Source: an uncultured Candidatus Rokubacteria bacterium (GTDB taxonomy: Bacteria > Methylomirabilota > Methylomirabilia > Rokubacteriales > CSP1-6). Taken from it: a stretch of 64,000 bases of DNA. The notes beneath the pieces were generated by a model. That model had not been told where the DNA came from and did no database searches. It saw nothing but the letters and a program-made list of their open reading frames with translations. The stretch is from positions 320,001-384,000 of the forward strand of contig CAVXJS010000015.1 in NCBI GenBank assembly GCA_963762145.1, given 5' to 3'. Position 1 is the stretch's first letter. Each line of letters starts with the position of its first letter. Below, in pieces: positions 9,655-20,833 of this stretch. Both the position numbers and the translations under genes were made by a program.

Positions 9655-9999
9655 TCACATCGCCCAGACCGGCCGCACGTCGACGAAGCCGCCCTCGCCG
9701 AGCGGGATCTTCTTCGCCCACTCCAGGGCTTCCTCGCGGGTGTCGCACTCGATCAGGTAGAAGCCGCCCAGGGCTTCCTTCGTCTCGGTGAAGGGCCCGT
9801 CCATGATCTGGCGCTGCCCGGCCTTGAAGCGGACGCGGCTGCCGTCGGTGTCGGGGCGCAGGCGCTCGCCGTGCACCATCTTGCCGGCCGCGCGCAGCTC
9901 CTGGGCGAAGCGGCCGTGTCCCTGGACCATGGCGTCCATCTGGGCCGGGGACGGAGCGGGCTGGTTCTTGTCGGAGCAGATGAGCAGCATGTAACGCAT
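9655..9999 (-). CDS. DGPF/YciI family protein
   Basis: MDGPFTETKEALGGFYLIEC; canonical partner of ECF42. Confidence 0.93.
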   Translation of the reverse strand: MRYMLLICSDKNQPAPSPAQMDAMVQGHGRFAQELRAAGKMVHGERLRPDTDGSRVRFKAGQRQIMDGPFTETKEALGGFYLIECDTREEALEWAKKIPLGEGGFVDVRPVWAM

Positions 10000-10057
10000 C
10001 GTATGCCTCCCTGTCGTGCCTGGGGTGTCGGGCCGTCGGCCTGGCCCTCATCTATAC

Positions 10058-10083
10058 GACGCCGATGACCCCCGGAATCGACA
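10058..10083 (-). promoter_or_regulatory. ECF42-type promoter upstream of DGPF gene
   Basis: Minus strand TGTCGA-N16-CGTC, matching the TGTCGA / CG(A/T)C motif described for ECF42 targets. Confidence 0.7.
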
Positions 10084-10090
10084 GGCAGGG

Positions 10091-10936
10091 TCAGGTCGGA
10101 CGGCTCGCCCGGGCCTCCGCCGCCTTCACCTGCAGCGCCTCCCAGACCGCCAGGGGCACGGGCGGGTTGCCGAGCACCGCGGCGCGCACCGGCGGGCCGT
10201 GGAAATCCGAGCCGCCGGTCGCGAGCAGGCCGTGCCGGCGGCAGAGCTCGACGTAGCTGCCGCGCTGGGCCGGCGAGTGCTCGTTGTAGAAGCACTCGAT
10301 GCCCATGAGCCCGGCCGCGACCAGGGACGGAATGATCGCGTCCCGATCGGCCAGCCCCGGATGGGCGAACACGGGCACGCCGCCGGCGCGGCGCAGCAGG
10401 CGCACCGCGTCCTCGGGCGTGAGCTTCTTGCGCTGGACGTGCGCGGGCTTGCCCGCGGCCAGGTACCGGTCGAAGGCCTCGCGCACCGTCTTGACGTAGC
10501 CGCGCTCGACCATCACGCGCGCCACGTGCGGCCGCCCGGCCGAGCCCTCCTGCACCAGGGCGAACACCCGCTCCGGGTCGATCGGCAGGCCCAGCTCCGC
10601 GAGACGCTCGGCCATCCGGTGCACGCGCGCGCGCCGCTCCTCCCGCTGTGCGCGGCAGAAGTCCTGGAACCAGGGCGCCTCGTAGTCCATGCAATAGCCG
10701 AGGATGTGGATCTCGGCGCCCTCGACGTCGCAGTTGATCTCGATGCCGGGCACGATGGTGAGCGGCGGGTGCCGCCGCGCCTCCTCGATCGCCTCGGCGA
10801 GGCCGTCGGTCGAGTCGTGATCGGTGATCGCGAGCACGCGCACCCCGCGGCGTGCAGCCTCCGCCACCAGCTCGCGCGGCCGGAGCGTACCGTCGGAGGC
10901 GACGGTGTGGGTGTGGAGGTCGACGCCGCCCGCCAT
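10091..10936 (-). CDS. PHP domain phosphoesterase (TrpH/YciV-like)
   Basis: DLHTHTVASDG, AITDHD, GRPHVA, VFAHPG, TGGSDFHG. Confidence 0.93.
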   Translation of the reverse strand: MAGGVDLHTHTVASDGTLRPRELVAEAARRGVRVLAITDHDSTDGLAEAIEEARRHPPLTIVPGIEINCDVEGAEIHILGYCMDYEAPWFQDFCRAQREERRARVHRMAERLAELGLPIDPERVFALVQEGSAGRPHVARVMVERGYVKTVREAFDRYLAAGKPAHVQRKKLTPEDAVRLLRRAGGVPVFAHPGLADRDAIIPSLVAAGLMGIECFYNEHSPAQRGSYVELCRRHGLLATGGSDFHGPPVRAAVLGNPPVPLAVWEALQVKAAEARASRPT

Positions 10937-10952
10937 CGGAGCCCCGGGGCGC

Positions 10953-12457
10953 CTAGCGTGACCCGTTCGCGAGATAGGTGAGCAGCGTCCGGACCCCCAC
11001 GCCGGTGGCGCCCTTGGGCCCGAGGGGCAATTCCCGCTCGGTGAACGCGGTGCCCGCGATGTCGAGGTGCGCCCACGGCACGCCCGCGGTGAACTCGCGC
11101 ATGAAGAGGCCGGCCACGATGGCGCCGGCCCCGCGCTGGCTCGAGATGTTGTTGAGATCGGCCACGTCGCTCTTGAGCCCGTCCTTGTACTCGTCGTGCA
11201 GCGGAAGGCGCCACATCCGCTCCCCCGCCCCGTCGGCGGCGGCCTGCAGCCGCGAGGCCAGCCCGTCGTCGCTCGCCATCATGCCCGATACGCCCTGGCC
11301 GAGCGCGATGACCACCGCGCCGGTCAAGGTCGCCATGTCGATCATCTCGTCCGGCTTGATGTGCTCGACCGCGTAGGCGAGCGCGTCGGCCAGCGTGAGC
11401 CGGCCCTCCGCGTCCGTATTGCCGATCTCGATGGTGAGCCCGTTCATCGCCCGCACGATGTCGCCCGGGCGCTGCGCGGTGCCGGAGGGCATGTTCTCGG
11501 TGGCCGCGATCAGCCCGTGCACCTCGACCGGGGGCTTGAGCCGCGGGAGAGCCTGGAAGATGCCGAGCACCGCCGCGGCGCCCGACATGTCGTCCTTCAT
11601 CCGCAGCATGCCGTCGGCGGTCTTGAGATCGAGTCCGCCCGAGTCGAACGTGATGCCCTTGCCGATCACCACGACCCGGCGGCGCGCCCGGCCCTTCGGG
11701 ATGTAGGTGAGGTGAATGAACTTGGGCGGCTCCTCGCTGCCCTGGGCCACGCCCACGTAGGCGCCCATGCCCATCTTGGCGCACTCGGCCCGGTCCAGCA
11801 CCCGCACGGTGAGCCCGCCCTCCTCGGCGATCTCGGCCGCGCGGCGCGCCAGGAACGTCGGCGTCACCACGTTGGCCGGCTCGTTGACCAGGTCGCGCGC
11901 GAGGCAGGTGGCCTCCGCCGCGACGCGGCCGATGCGCACCCCGTCCCGCGCGGCGGCCCCGCTGCGCCGGTCGGGCTCGAGCACGGTCAGCGAGCGGACC
12001 ACCTTGCCGTTCTTCTCCTTCAGGTACTTGTCGAAGCGATAGGTGCCGAGCAGGGCGCCCTCCGCGACCGCCTGCGCGCGCTCGCGCGCGGGCAGCCCGG
12101 CGGCGGGCATGAACACCGCGATGGAAGCGGCGCCAAGGTCGCGCGCGCGCCGCACCGCGGCGGCGGTGGCGCGGCGAATGGGCTCGGCGTCGCGGGCCCG
12201 CGCCCCCGCTTGAGCGGGCCCAGCCCGACCACCAGCACGCGCTCGGCCGGGATCGCTCCCCCGGTATGGAAGTAGGAGATCTGCCCCGGCTTGCCCTCGA
12301 ACTTCTCGCTCTTCTGGACGCGCGAGAGGAGGCCGCCGAGCGCCCGGTCCAGCGCGACGATCTCCGGCGCGGGCCGCGCGCCGTCGCCGTACTGCCCCAG
12401 CACCAGCACGTCCGCGCGCGCTTCCGATGGGCTTCGGGTCTCGAGGGCCAGCTCCAT
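10953..12457 (-). CDS. pepA: Leucyl aminopeptidase (M17), indel near 12170-12210
   Basis: IGKGITFDSGG, MKDDMSGAAAV, NTDAEGRLTLAD, WAHLDIAG; N-terminal half in another frame (KFEGKPGQ, RVLVVGLG). Confidence 0.93.
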
Positions 12458-12462
12458 TGCGG

Positions 12463-12936
12463 TCATCCTCCCTGGGACAGGGTCGTGGGCGGGCAGACGC
12501 TCACGGCGCGGCGGACCATGTCCGCGAGCCCGTCGGTGGTGTCGTAGCGGTCGAGGTCGGCGATCGGCACCCAGCGCACCTCGGCGGCGTCGCTGCCCGC
12601 GCGCGGGACCCCGGACTCGATCGCGGCGACGTAGTCGATGATCACGTAGTGATAGTGCACGCGGGGCGCCTCCGATCCGTTCCCGGGCACGAGCCGCACC
12701 CGGTCGATCACCCCGCAGAGCCCGAGCAGGCGCACGTCCACCCCGCACTCCTCCATCACCTCGCGGCGCGCCGCGTCCTCGATGCGCTCGCCCAGATGCA
12801 CGAGCCCCCCGGGAATGCTCCACTTGCCCAGGGACGGCGCCTGTCCGCGCTTGACCAGCAGCACGCGGTCGCCGTCCAGGATCACCGCGCCCACGCCCAC
12901 GCGGGGCGCATCCGGGAACTCGCGCGCGAACGTCAT
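12463..12936 (-). CDS. NUDIX hydrolase
   Basis: Nudix box PGGLVHLGERIEDAARREVMEECG; GSDAAEVRW. Confidence 0.92.
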   Translation of the reverse strand: MTFAREFPDAPRVGVGAVILDGDRVLLVKRGQAPSLGKWSIPGGLVHLGERIEDAARREVMEECGVDVRLLGLCGVIDRVRLVPGNGSEAPRVHYHYVIIDYVAAIESGVPRAGSDAAEVRWVPIADLDRYDTTDGLADMVRRAVSVCPPTTLSQGG

Positions 12937-13835
12937 CGGGCTCCCCCTCTCCCCTCAGGGGAGAGGGCAGGGTGAGGGGTTGGGCGTTGAGGGGTCAGGG
13001 TAGGGTGAGGGGTCAGGGTGGTCACGGTCATCGCGCGGCCGGATCGCGTCCAGCGGTCGGTCCCGTACTTCTCGCGCACCAGCGACTCCGCGAGCTCCAT
13101 CTCCTCCGCGGCGAGCCCGCCGGCGGCCAGCTCGAGCCCGTGCGCCGTGCGGAAGCCCTCGGTCAGCGCGGTCATGGCCTCCTCGAACGAGGGGCGCCGG
13201 GCCAGCACCGCCTCGAGCGTGGTCATGCCGGCGAGCGGATCGCGCTCGACCGGGAACACCCGACGCAGGCGATCCGGCGCGGCGCCGAGCATCACCGCGC
13301 CGTGCTGCAGGAAGCCCGCGCCCTGTCGCCGCTGGGCGCTCCCCACCACCTTGAGGCCGCTGACCTCGAGCTCGTACGAGCCGGTCCGCGCGAAGCAGAA
13401 GGTGGGCATCGCGGTGGGATCGGAGGGCTGCACCGGCACCATCTCGACCGGCGCGCCCAGCCGGTTGATCCCGGCCGCGAGGGCCGCGCCGATCCACCGG
13501 TACGTCTCGAGCAGGTCCGCCGCGCCCTCGAAATCGCCCGCGCGCGCCGCCACGCTGTAGGTCAGCTCGAGATCCGGTCCTTCGTGGAGGATCGCGCTGC
13601 CGCCGGTGGGCCGGCGCACGAGCCCGATGCCGAGCGCGGACGCGGCTCCGACGTCGATGCGATGATCGAGGGGCTGGCCGTAGCCGAGGGAGATGGTGGG
13701 GGGCTGCCAGGCGAAGAACCGGAGCGTGGGAGGCGCGGTGCCCGCGAGCCGGCCCAGCAGGAGGGCCTCGTCGAGCGCCATGTTCAGCGCGCCGTCGAGG
13801 GGCTCGGTGACCAGCAGGCGGAACGGAGTCGTCAC
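12933..13835 (-). CDS. Lipoate-protein ligase/octanoyltransferase (LplA/LipM family)
   Basis: [28 protein letters not shown]; directly downstream of gcv genes. Confidence 0.92.
   Translation of the reverse strand: MTTPFRLLVTEPLDGALNMALDEALLLGRLAGTAPPTLRFFAWQPPTISLGYGQPLDHRIDVGAASALGIGLVRRPTGGSAILHEGPDLELTYSVAARAGDFEGAADLLETYRWIGAALAAGINRLGAPVEMVPVQPSDPTAMPTFCFARTGSYELEVSGLKVVGSAQRRQGAGFLQHGAVMLGAAPDRLRRVFPVERDPLAGMTTLEAVLARRPSFEEAMTALTEGFRTAHGLELAAGGLAAEEMELAESLVREKYGTDRWTRSGRAMTVTTLTPHPTLTPQRPTPHPALSPEGRGGAR
12944..13020. repeat. REP-like hairpin repeat copy 1 plus G-rich tandem tail, inside the 3' end of the lipoate ligase gene
   Basis: CCCCTCTCCCCTCAGGGGAGAGGGCAGGGTGAGGGG (35/36 identical to copy at 54238), followed by TGAGGGGT reiterations. 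Confidence 0.85.
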
Positions 13836-13842
13836 CCCTGGG

Positions 13843-15325
13843 TCATTTCGTGGGACGCCACCTCAGCACGGGCTGGCGGGCGGCCAGCGTCTGGTCCAGG
13901 CGGCGCACCGGCGTCGTGACCGGCGCCTCGTGGATCAGCTGCGGGTTCGTCTCGGTCTCCCGCGCGATCTGGATCATGGCGTCGCAGAACTGGTCGAGCG
14001 TCTCCTTCGACTCGGTCTCGGTGGGCTCGATCATCAGCGCCTCCTCGACGATGAGCGGGAAGTACGTCGACGGGGCGTAGAAGCCCAGATCGAGCAGCCG
14101 CTTGGCGATGTCCATCGCGGACACCCCGAGCTTCTTCTGCCGACGCGCCGAGAGCACGCACTCGTGCATGCACGGGCCCGGCGCGGAGCGGTCGTAGTCG
14201 CCCTCGAGGCGCTTCAGGATGTAGTTGGCGTTGAGCACCGCGTTCTCGGAAACCGAGCGGAGGCCGTCCGGTCCCATGGTGCGGATGTAGGTGTAGGCGC
14301 GCACCAGCATGCCGAAGTTGCCCCAGAAGGCCTGCAGCTTGCCGATCGACTGCGGCCGGTTCCAGTCGAGGCCGTAGGCCCCTGCACTCGGATCGTCCCG
14401 CTTCACCACCACCGGGGTGGGCAGGAACGGCGCCAGGTGCGCCTTGATGCCCACCGGCCCCGAGCCGGGGCCCGCCGCCGCCGTGCGGGGTGGTGAACGT
14501 CTTGTGCAGGTTGAAGTGGCAGACGTCGAAGCCCAGGTCGCCGGGGCGCGTGATGCCGAGGATCGCGTTGAAGTTGGCGCCGTCCATGTAGACCTGCACG
14601 CCCTTGGCGTGGCACATCTCGGTGATCTGGTGGATCTGCGACTCGAAGAGGCCGAGCGTGTTGGGCTGGGTGATCATGAACGCGGCCACGTCCTCGTCGA
14701 GGTGGCGCTCGAGGTCGACGAGGTCCACGTCGCCGTTGGCCTCGGACTTGAGCTCGACGACCGCGAAGCCGGCCAGCGCGGTGGACGCGGGATTGGTCCC
14801 GTGCGCGGAGTCGGGGATCAGCACCTTGTGGCGCCGCTCGCCCCGCGCCAGGTGGTAGGCGCGGATCATCAGCACGCCGGCCAGCTCGCCCTGGGCGCCC
14901 GCCGCGGGCTGGAGCGACACCTCGTCCATGCCGGAGATCTCGGCGAGGTCCCGCGCGAGCTCCCACATGAGCTGGAGCGCGCCCTGGCTCGCCGCCTCGG
15001 GGGCGAGCGGGTGCAGGCGCGCGAAGCCGGCCAGCCGCGCCATGTCCTCGTTGATCTTCGGGTTGTACTTCATCGTGCACGAGCCGAGCGGATAGAAGTG
15101 CGTGTCCACTCCGTAGTTCATCTGCGACAGGCGCGAGTAGTGGCGGATCACGTCGACCTCGGAGACCTCGGGCAGCTCGGCGGGCGACTCCCGCAGGTGC
15201 GCCTTGGGCAGGAGCGCGGCCGGATCGCTGTCCGGCACGTCGCTCTCGGGCAGCGAGTAGGCGAAGCGCCCGGGCGAGGAGAGCTCGAAGATCAGCTTGT
15301 CGTAGGCGGGCTTGGCGGCGTGCAT
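13843..15325 (-). CDS. gcvPB: Glycine dehydrogenase subunit B (indel ~14460)
   Basis: [66 protein letters not shown]. Confidence 0.95.
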
Positions 15326-15333
15326 GGGCGGCC

Positions 15334-16678
15334 TCAGGCCACCGCCGCGGCCAGCGCGGCCGCGTAGGCGTCGATCTCGTCCTTGGTGCGCTTCTCGGTC
15401 ACCGCGACGAGCAGGCAGTCCTTGTAGGCGCGGTCGAAGCCCCTTGAGCGGCACGCCGGCGAGCAGCCGGTCCTTCAGGAGCCGCTTGATCACGCGCTCG
15501 GGCGACTTGGGGAGCTGGAGCGTGAACTCCTTGAAGAAGGGCGCGGTGAAGCGCAGCCGCACCCCCGGGATCTTCGTGAGCTCGCGCGCCGCGTAGTGGG
15601 CCTTGGCGGTCGAGAGCTCGCCCACCTTGCGGAGGCCGCGCTTGCCCAGGATCGCCACGTAGATCGTGGCCATCAGCGCGCACAGCGCCACGTTGGTGCA
15701 GATGTTCGACGTCGCCTTCTCGCGCCGGATGTGCTGCTCGCGGGTCTGCAGCGTGAGCACGAAGCCGCGCTGGCCGTCCACGTCCACGGTGGCGCCGACC
15801 AGGCGTCCCGGCATCCGCCGCACCAGCTCCTGCTTGGCCGCGAACACGCCCAGGTTGGGCCCGCCGAAGCTCATCGGCACGCCGAGCCCCTGCCCCTCGC
15901 CCACCACGATGTCGGCGCCGCAGGCGCCCGGGGGCGTCAGCAGGCCCAGGTTGACCGGATCGGCGACCACCACGAGCAGCGCGCCGGCCTCGTGGGCGAT
16001 GTCCGCGATGGCCCGGACGTCCTCGAGCGAGCCGAAGAAGTTCGGGTACTGGATCACCACCGCCGCGCTGTGCTTGGACACCGCCTTCCGCAGCGCGTCC
16101 AGGTCGGTGATCCCGTCGCCGAGCGGCACCGACTTGATCTTGAGCCCGGGGCCCTCGCCGTAGGTCTCGACCACCTGGCGGTAGAGCGGATTCACCCCGC
16201 GCGACATCAGCAGGGTGTCGCGCCCGGTCACCGAGTGGGCCATCAGGGTGGCCTCGGCCAGGGAGGAGGCGCCGTCGTAGATCGAGGCGTTGGCCACGTC
16301 CATGCCGGTCAGCTCCGCCATCATGGTCTGGTACTCGAAGATCGAGCGGAGCGTGCCCTGGCTGGCCTCCGGCTGGTACGGGGTGTAGGCGGTGAAGAAC
16401 TCGCCGCGCGAGATCAGGTGGTTGATCGGGCTCGGGATCGCGTGATCGTAGGAGCCGGCCCCGAGGAAGCAGGCGTGGTCGTCCGCGCCCGCGTTGAGCG
16501 CGGCGATGCGCTGAAGATGCCGGATCAGGTCGGTCTCGGCCATCGCGCTCGGCAGGTTGAGGGGCCGCGACAGCCGCGCCTTGGTCGGGATGCGGACCAG
16601 CAGATCCTCGATCGAGCCGGCGCCGATGACGCCCAGCATCTCCTTCTGCTGGGCCGCCGTGTTGGAGATGTAGCGCAT
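15334..16678 (-). CDS. gcvPA: Glycine dehydrogenase subunit A (indel ~15440)
   Basis: [43 protein letters not shown]. Confidence 0.95.
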
Positions 16679-16679
16679 G

Positions 16680-17072
16680 CTAGTGCCCACCGCCCGCGGT
16701 GAGCTTCTCGTAGTCCGCGGCGCTCATGAGGCCGTCCACGTCCTTGGGATTGGCCATCCGGATGATGAGCATCCAGCCCTTCCCGTAGGGGTCGGTGTTC
16801 ACGAGCTCGGGCTGCTTCGGCAGCTCCCCGTTGACCTCCACCACCTCGCCCGAGACCGGCGCGAAGAGATCGGAGACCGCCTTGACGGACTCGACCACTC
16901 CGAACGTCTTCATGGCCGTGACCTTCGCGCCCACCTTGGGCAGCTCGACGAAGACCACGTCGCCGAGCTGCTCCTGGGCGAAGGCGGTGATGCCGATGCG
17001 GGCGCGGTCACCCTCCACCTTGGCCCATTCGTGCTCGCGGGTGTACCTGAGCTCAGCGGGAACGTTCGCCAT
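16680..17072 (-). CDS. gcvH: Glycine cleavage system H protein
   Basis: [26 protein letters not shown], lipoyl-Lys motif VESVKAVSD. Confidence 0.97.
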   Translation of the reverse strand: MANVPAELRYTREHEWAKVEGDRARIGITAFAQEQLGDVVFVELPKVGAKVTAMKTFGVVESVKAVSDLFAPVSGEVVEVNGELPKQPELVNTDPYGKGWMLIIRMANPKDVDGLMSAADYEKLTAGGGH

Positions 17073-17084
17073 CGACGCTCTCTC

Positions 17085-18207
17085 CTAGGTCTTCTTGGTG
17101 TGCGAGGGATGGAAGGGGGTCTTGACCACGCGGGCGGCGTGCTCCGCCCCCCGGATCTCCACCGCCAGCTCGCTGCCGACCGCGGACATCGCCGAGGGGA
17201 CGTAGCCGATCCCGATCGAGCGCTCCACCGACGGGCCGAACGAGCCCGAGGTGACCACGCCCACCGGCGCGCCGCCCGACATGAGCCGGTAGCCGTGCCG
17301 GGGTACCGCCCGCTCCGCCATCTCGAAGCCGACCAGCTTGCGGGCGACCCCGCGCGCGCGGAGCGCCTCGATGGCCTCGCGGCCGATGAACTCGCCCTTG
17401 GCGGGCTTGACCACCCAGCCGAGCCCCGCCTCGAGCGGGTTCGTGGTCTGGTCGATGTCGTTGCCGTAGAGCGCGTACTTCATCTCGAGGCGCAGCGTGT
17501 CGCGGGCCCCCAGCCCGATCGGCTGGATGCCGTCCGCACGGCCCCCCTCGATCAGGGCGGCCCAGAGACGCTCGGCCCCGCCCGCGGCGACGTAGAGCTC
17601 GAAGCCGTCCTCGCCGGTGTAGCCGGTGCGGGAGATGATCGCGGGCACGCCCGCCACCGCCCCGCGGACGAAGTGGTAGTACGCGACGCCGGTCACGTCG
17701 CGATCGGCCAGGCGGCCCACCAGCGCCTCCGCCTTCGGACCCTGCACCGCGAGCAGCGCGGTCTCGTCGCTCACGTTCTTCCACTCGGCGCGGCCGACGC
17801 TGTGCGAGGTGACCCACGACCAGTCCTTGTCGATGTTGGAGGCGTTGACCACGAGCATGTAGTGGTCGTCGGCCAGCCGATACACCGTCAGGTCGTCCAC
17901 GATGCCGCCTTCCGGGTAGCAGAGGGCCGCGTACTGGACCTGGCCGAGCTCGAGGGTCCGCGCGTCGTTGGTGCACAGGCGCTGGATCGCCGCGAGCGCG
18001 TCGGGACCGCGCACCTCGAACTCGCCCATGTGGCTGATGTCGAAGAGGCCGACTCGCGCGGCGTACCGCGCGGTGCTCCTCGATGATCCCGCTGTACTGC
18101 ACCGGCATGTCCCAGCCGCCGAAGGGAACCATCTTCGCGCCCGCCTTGACGTGAACGTCGCGGAGCGGGGTGCGCTTGAGCGGGGAAGACGCGGTGGTGT
18201 CCGTCAT
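17085..18207 (-). CDS. gcvT: Aminomethyltransferase (indel ~18055)
   Basis: [42 protein letters not shown]. Confidence 0.96.
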
Positions 18208-18231
18208 CTGGCTGCCCGGGGCGCCCTCATC

Positions 18232-18663
18232 TTAATGGATGGCCTCCGGCGTGGCAACGATCCGGTAGCCGCGGCTCTCCATGCAGGCGATCCACGCACG
18301 CTCGAAGGGGGAGCTCCCGCGGGCGCTCAGCGCGAGGCCGCCGATTCCCCCCGCGCCTGCGCCCGCGATGAGACCATCGCTCGCCGTCGAGGCGGTGGTG
18401 GCGGGCAACCCCGTGATCAGCCCGCCGACCGCGGCGCCCGCCGCGCCGAGCGTGAAGACGCGGCGCAGGGTATTGGCCAGCGGCGAGTCTTCGCCGTTGT
18501 AGTCGAGGCGGTAGCCCACCTCGGCCTTGCAGTCGGCGACGTCGAGGCGGTGCTGTGTCGGAGTCTGCTCCCGGGTCGCGGCCACCTCCGGCATCCGGGT
18601 CACCGCGCAGCCGGCGACCAGGACCGCGGCGGTCAGCGCGAGGGCGGCGCGGCCGGTCGTCAT
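18232..18663 (-). CDS. Glycine-zipper lipoprotein
   Basis: Lipobox VAGC, D..C, GAAGAAVGG and GAGAGGIGG zippers, CMESRGY end. Confidence 0.8.
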   Translation of the reverse strand: MTTGRAALALTAAVLVAGCAVTRMPEVAATREQTPTQHRLDVADCKAEVGYRLDYNGEDSPLANTLRRVFTLGAAGAAVGGLITGLPATTASTASDGLIAGAGAGGIGGLALSARGSSPFERAWIACMESRGYRIVATPEAIH

Positions 18664-19484
18664 CGGGCGGGCAGCCAGTCGCGCAGCGGCTTCACCTGGC
18701 AGCCCGCCTTCTCCAGCGCTTCCCGCACCGTGCGCACGATGCGCTCCGCCCCCGGGGTATCGCCGTGGCAGCAGATGGTCTGGACCGAGATGTCGATCTC
18801 CACCCCGTCCATGGTGCGGACCTTGCCCCGCATCGCCATCTCCACCGCCTGCGCGGCGGCCTTGACCGGGTCGGTGATCAGCGAGCCCGCGATCTTGCGG
18901 GAGACGAGCGTGCCGTCCACGTTGTAGGCGCGGTCCGCGAAGCCCTCCGAGGCCACGCGCGCGCCCATCTTGCGACAGGTGGCGTCGTAGCGTCCGGACG
19001 CGAGCGTCATCAGGATCAGGCCCGAGTCCATCGCGGACTGCCCGGCCGCGGTGGCGAGCGCCTCGTCGGCCTCCATCATGTTGTAGAGGATGCCGTGAGG
19101 CTTCATGTGCTGCAGCTCGGATCCCGCCGCCCGCGCGATCTCGCGCAGCGCGCCGGTCTGGTAGCAGAGGTAGTCCTGCAGCTCGCGCTGGTCCACGTCC
19201 ATCTTCCGCCGCCCGAAGCCCATGAGATCGGGCAGCGAGGGGTGTGCGCCGAGGGCGACCCGGTTCGCCAGCGCCAGCTCCACCGTGCGGCGCATGATGT
19301 GCGGGTCGCCCCCGTGGAAGCCGCACGCCACGTTGGCGGAGCTGATGAACGGCATGATGGCCTCGTCGGCGCCGAGCGTCCAGCGCCCGTACGACTCGCC
19401 CATGTCGCAGTTGAGGTCGATGGTCTTGCGAGCCGCAGCCGAAGGCGAGGCGAGCGCATTTGAAAGAGGGGCGACGGTGGTCAT
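18660..19484 (-). CDS. pxpA: 5-oxoprolinase subunit A (LamB/YcsF)
   Basis: IDLNCDMGESYG, SANVACGFHGGDP, HMKPHGILYN, EGFADRAY, TICCHGDTPGA. Confidence 0.93.
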   Translation of the reverse strand: MTTVAPLSNALASPSAAARKTIDLNCDMGESYGRWTLGADEAIMPFISSANVACGFHGGDPHIMRRTVELALANRVALGAHPSLPDLMGFGRRKMDVDQRELQDYLCYQTGALREIARAAGSELQHMKPHGILYNMMEADEALATAAGQSAMDSGLILMTLASGRYDATCRKMGARVASEGFADRAYNVDGTLVSRKIAGSLITDPVKAAAQAVEMAMRGKVRTMDGVEIDISVQTICCHGDTPGAERIVRTVREALEKAGCQVKPLRDWLPAR

Positions 19485-19488
19485 GGCG

Positions 19489-20809
19489 CTACTCGAGCAC
19501 CCGGCCCAAGGTTTCGACGAAGCGGTCCACGTCGGCGTCGGTCATGGCCAGCGAGCAGGCGCCGAGCCCGCGTTGCGAGAGCAGGACGCCCTCGTTGACC
19601 AGGCCCAGGAACGTGCGCGCCGACGCCTTGGGATCCTCGGGACGGGCGGAGCGATAGTCGCTGAGCTTCTTCTTGGTGTGGTGGAGCCAGAAGAGCGAGC
19701 CGGTGCCGGTGATCTGGCCCGCGTAGCCCTTCTTGCGCAGCACGCGCCGCACCCCGTCGCGCAGCCGGTCTCCGAGTGCCTCGAGACGCGCATACGCGTC
19801 GGGCGTGAGCTGCTCCATGGTCGCGATGCCGCCCGCCATCGTGAGCGGGTTGGCGTTGAAGGTGCCGCCGTGGTTGATCCGCCCCTTGCCGTCGCGCGGG
19901 TCGTAGTAGTTCATGACGTCGGCGCGGCCGCCGAAGGCGCCGACCGCGAGGCCGCCGCCGATGATCTTGCCGAGGGTCGTGAGGTCCGGCCGGATGTTGA
20001 AGCGCTCCTGGGCGCCGCCCGCGGCCGATGCGGAACGAGATGACCTCGTCGAAGATCAGGAGGATGTCCAGGCGCTGGGTGACCTCGCGCAGCTTCTCGA
20101 GGAATCCCTCGCGCGCCGGGATCATGCCCGCGTTGGCGAGCAGCGGATCGATGATCAGCGCCGCGACGTCGCTCCCCTGCTTCTCGAGGATCTTCTCGCA
20201 GGCGTCCGCGTCGTTCCACGGCAGCGTGACCACGTGCTTCAGCACCATCGGGGGCACGCCCGAGGACCACGCGACCGACTTCGGCCGCTTGCGCGAGCCC
20301 GCGGTAGCCGGATCCGGCGCCACGCTCACCAGCACCCAGTCGTGGGTGCCGTGGTAGGCGCCTTCGAACTTGGCGATCTTGGACTTGCCGGTGAAGGCGC
20401 GCGCGACGCGCACCGCGTGCATGGTGGCCTCGGTGCCCGAGTTGGCGAATCGCACGACCTCCATGCCTGGGATGCGCGTGGTGAGGATCTCGGCGAGCCG
20501 GATCTCGTGCTCGCTCGGGCCCGGGAACGACATGCCGTGCACCGCCGCGTCCTGGATCGCCTTCACCACCTGCGGGTTGGCGTGGCCCAGGATCAGGCTG
20601 GTGTAGTTGCCGTTGAAGTCGAGCCGCTCGTGCCCGTCGGCGTCCCAGATCCGCGCGCCCTCGCCGCGGGTGATGTAGAACGGGTACGGGTCGAAGAAGG
20701 TGGTCGTCCGGCTGTTGCCGCCCGGCATCACCCGCAGGGCTTCCTCGAAGAGCTGGCGGGAGCGGGGGGTCTTGGCCTGGTAGTCGGTGACGGCGCGCTC
20801 GAGAGACAT
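19489..20809 (-). CDS. Class-III PLP aminotransferase (GSA-aminomutase-like), indel ~20020
   Basis: MPGGNSR, FANSGTEATM, KFEGAYHG, LIFDEVIS, TTLGKIIGGG, HGGTFNANPLTM. Confidence 0.88.
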
Positions 20810-20833
20810 GGCGTTCCTCCCTGGATCCGGTGA

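Noticed and set aside
8265-10083. ECF42-DGPF pair as a novel system
   Set aside because: Well-described arrangement, including its promoter motif
13832-16690. Apparent GcvPA-GcvPB fusion (952-aa ORF)
   Set aside because: Caused by an indel near 15440; separate stop (15334) and start (15325) are present
18207-18232. Glycine riboswitch upstream of gcvT
   Set aside because: Only ~24 nt of intergenic space and no aptamer motifs
19489-20809. Calling the aminotransferase hemL
   Set aside because: Lacks typical HemL motifs (PGGVNSPVR, YQAGTLSGNP) and any heme gene context; treated as a paralogue
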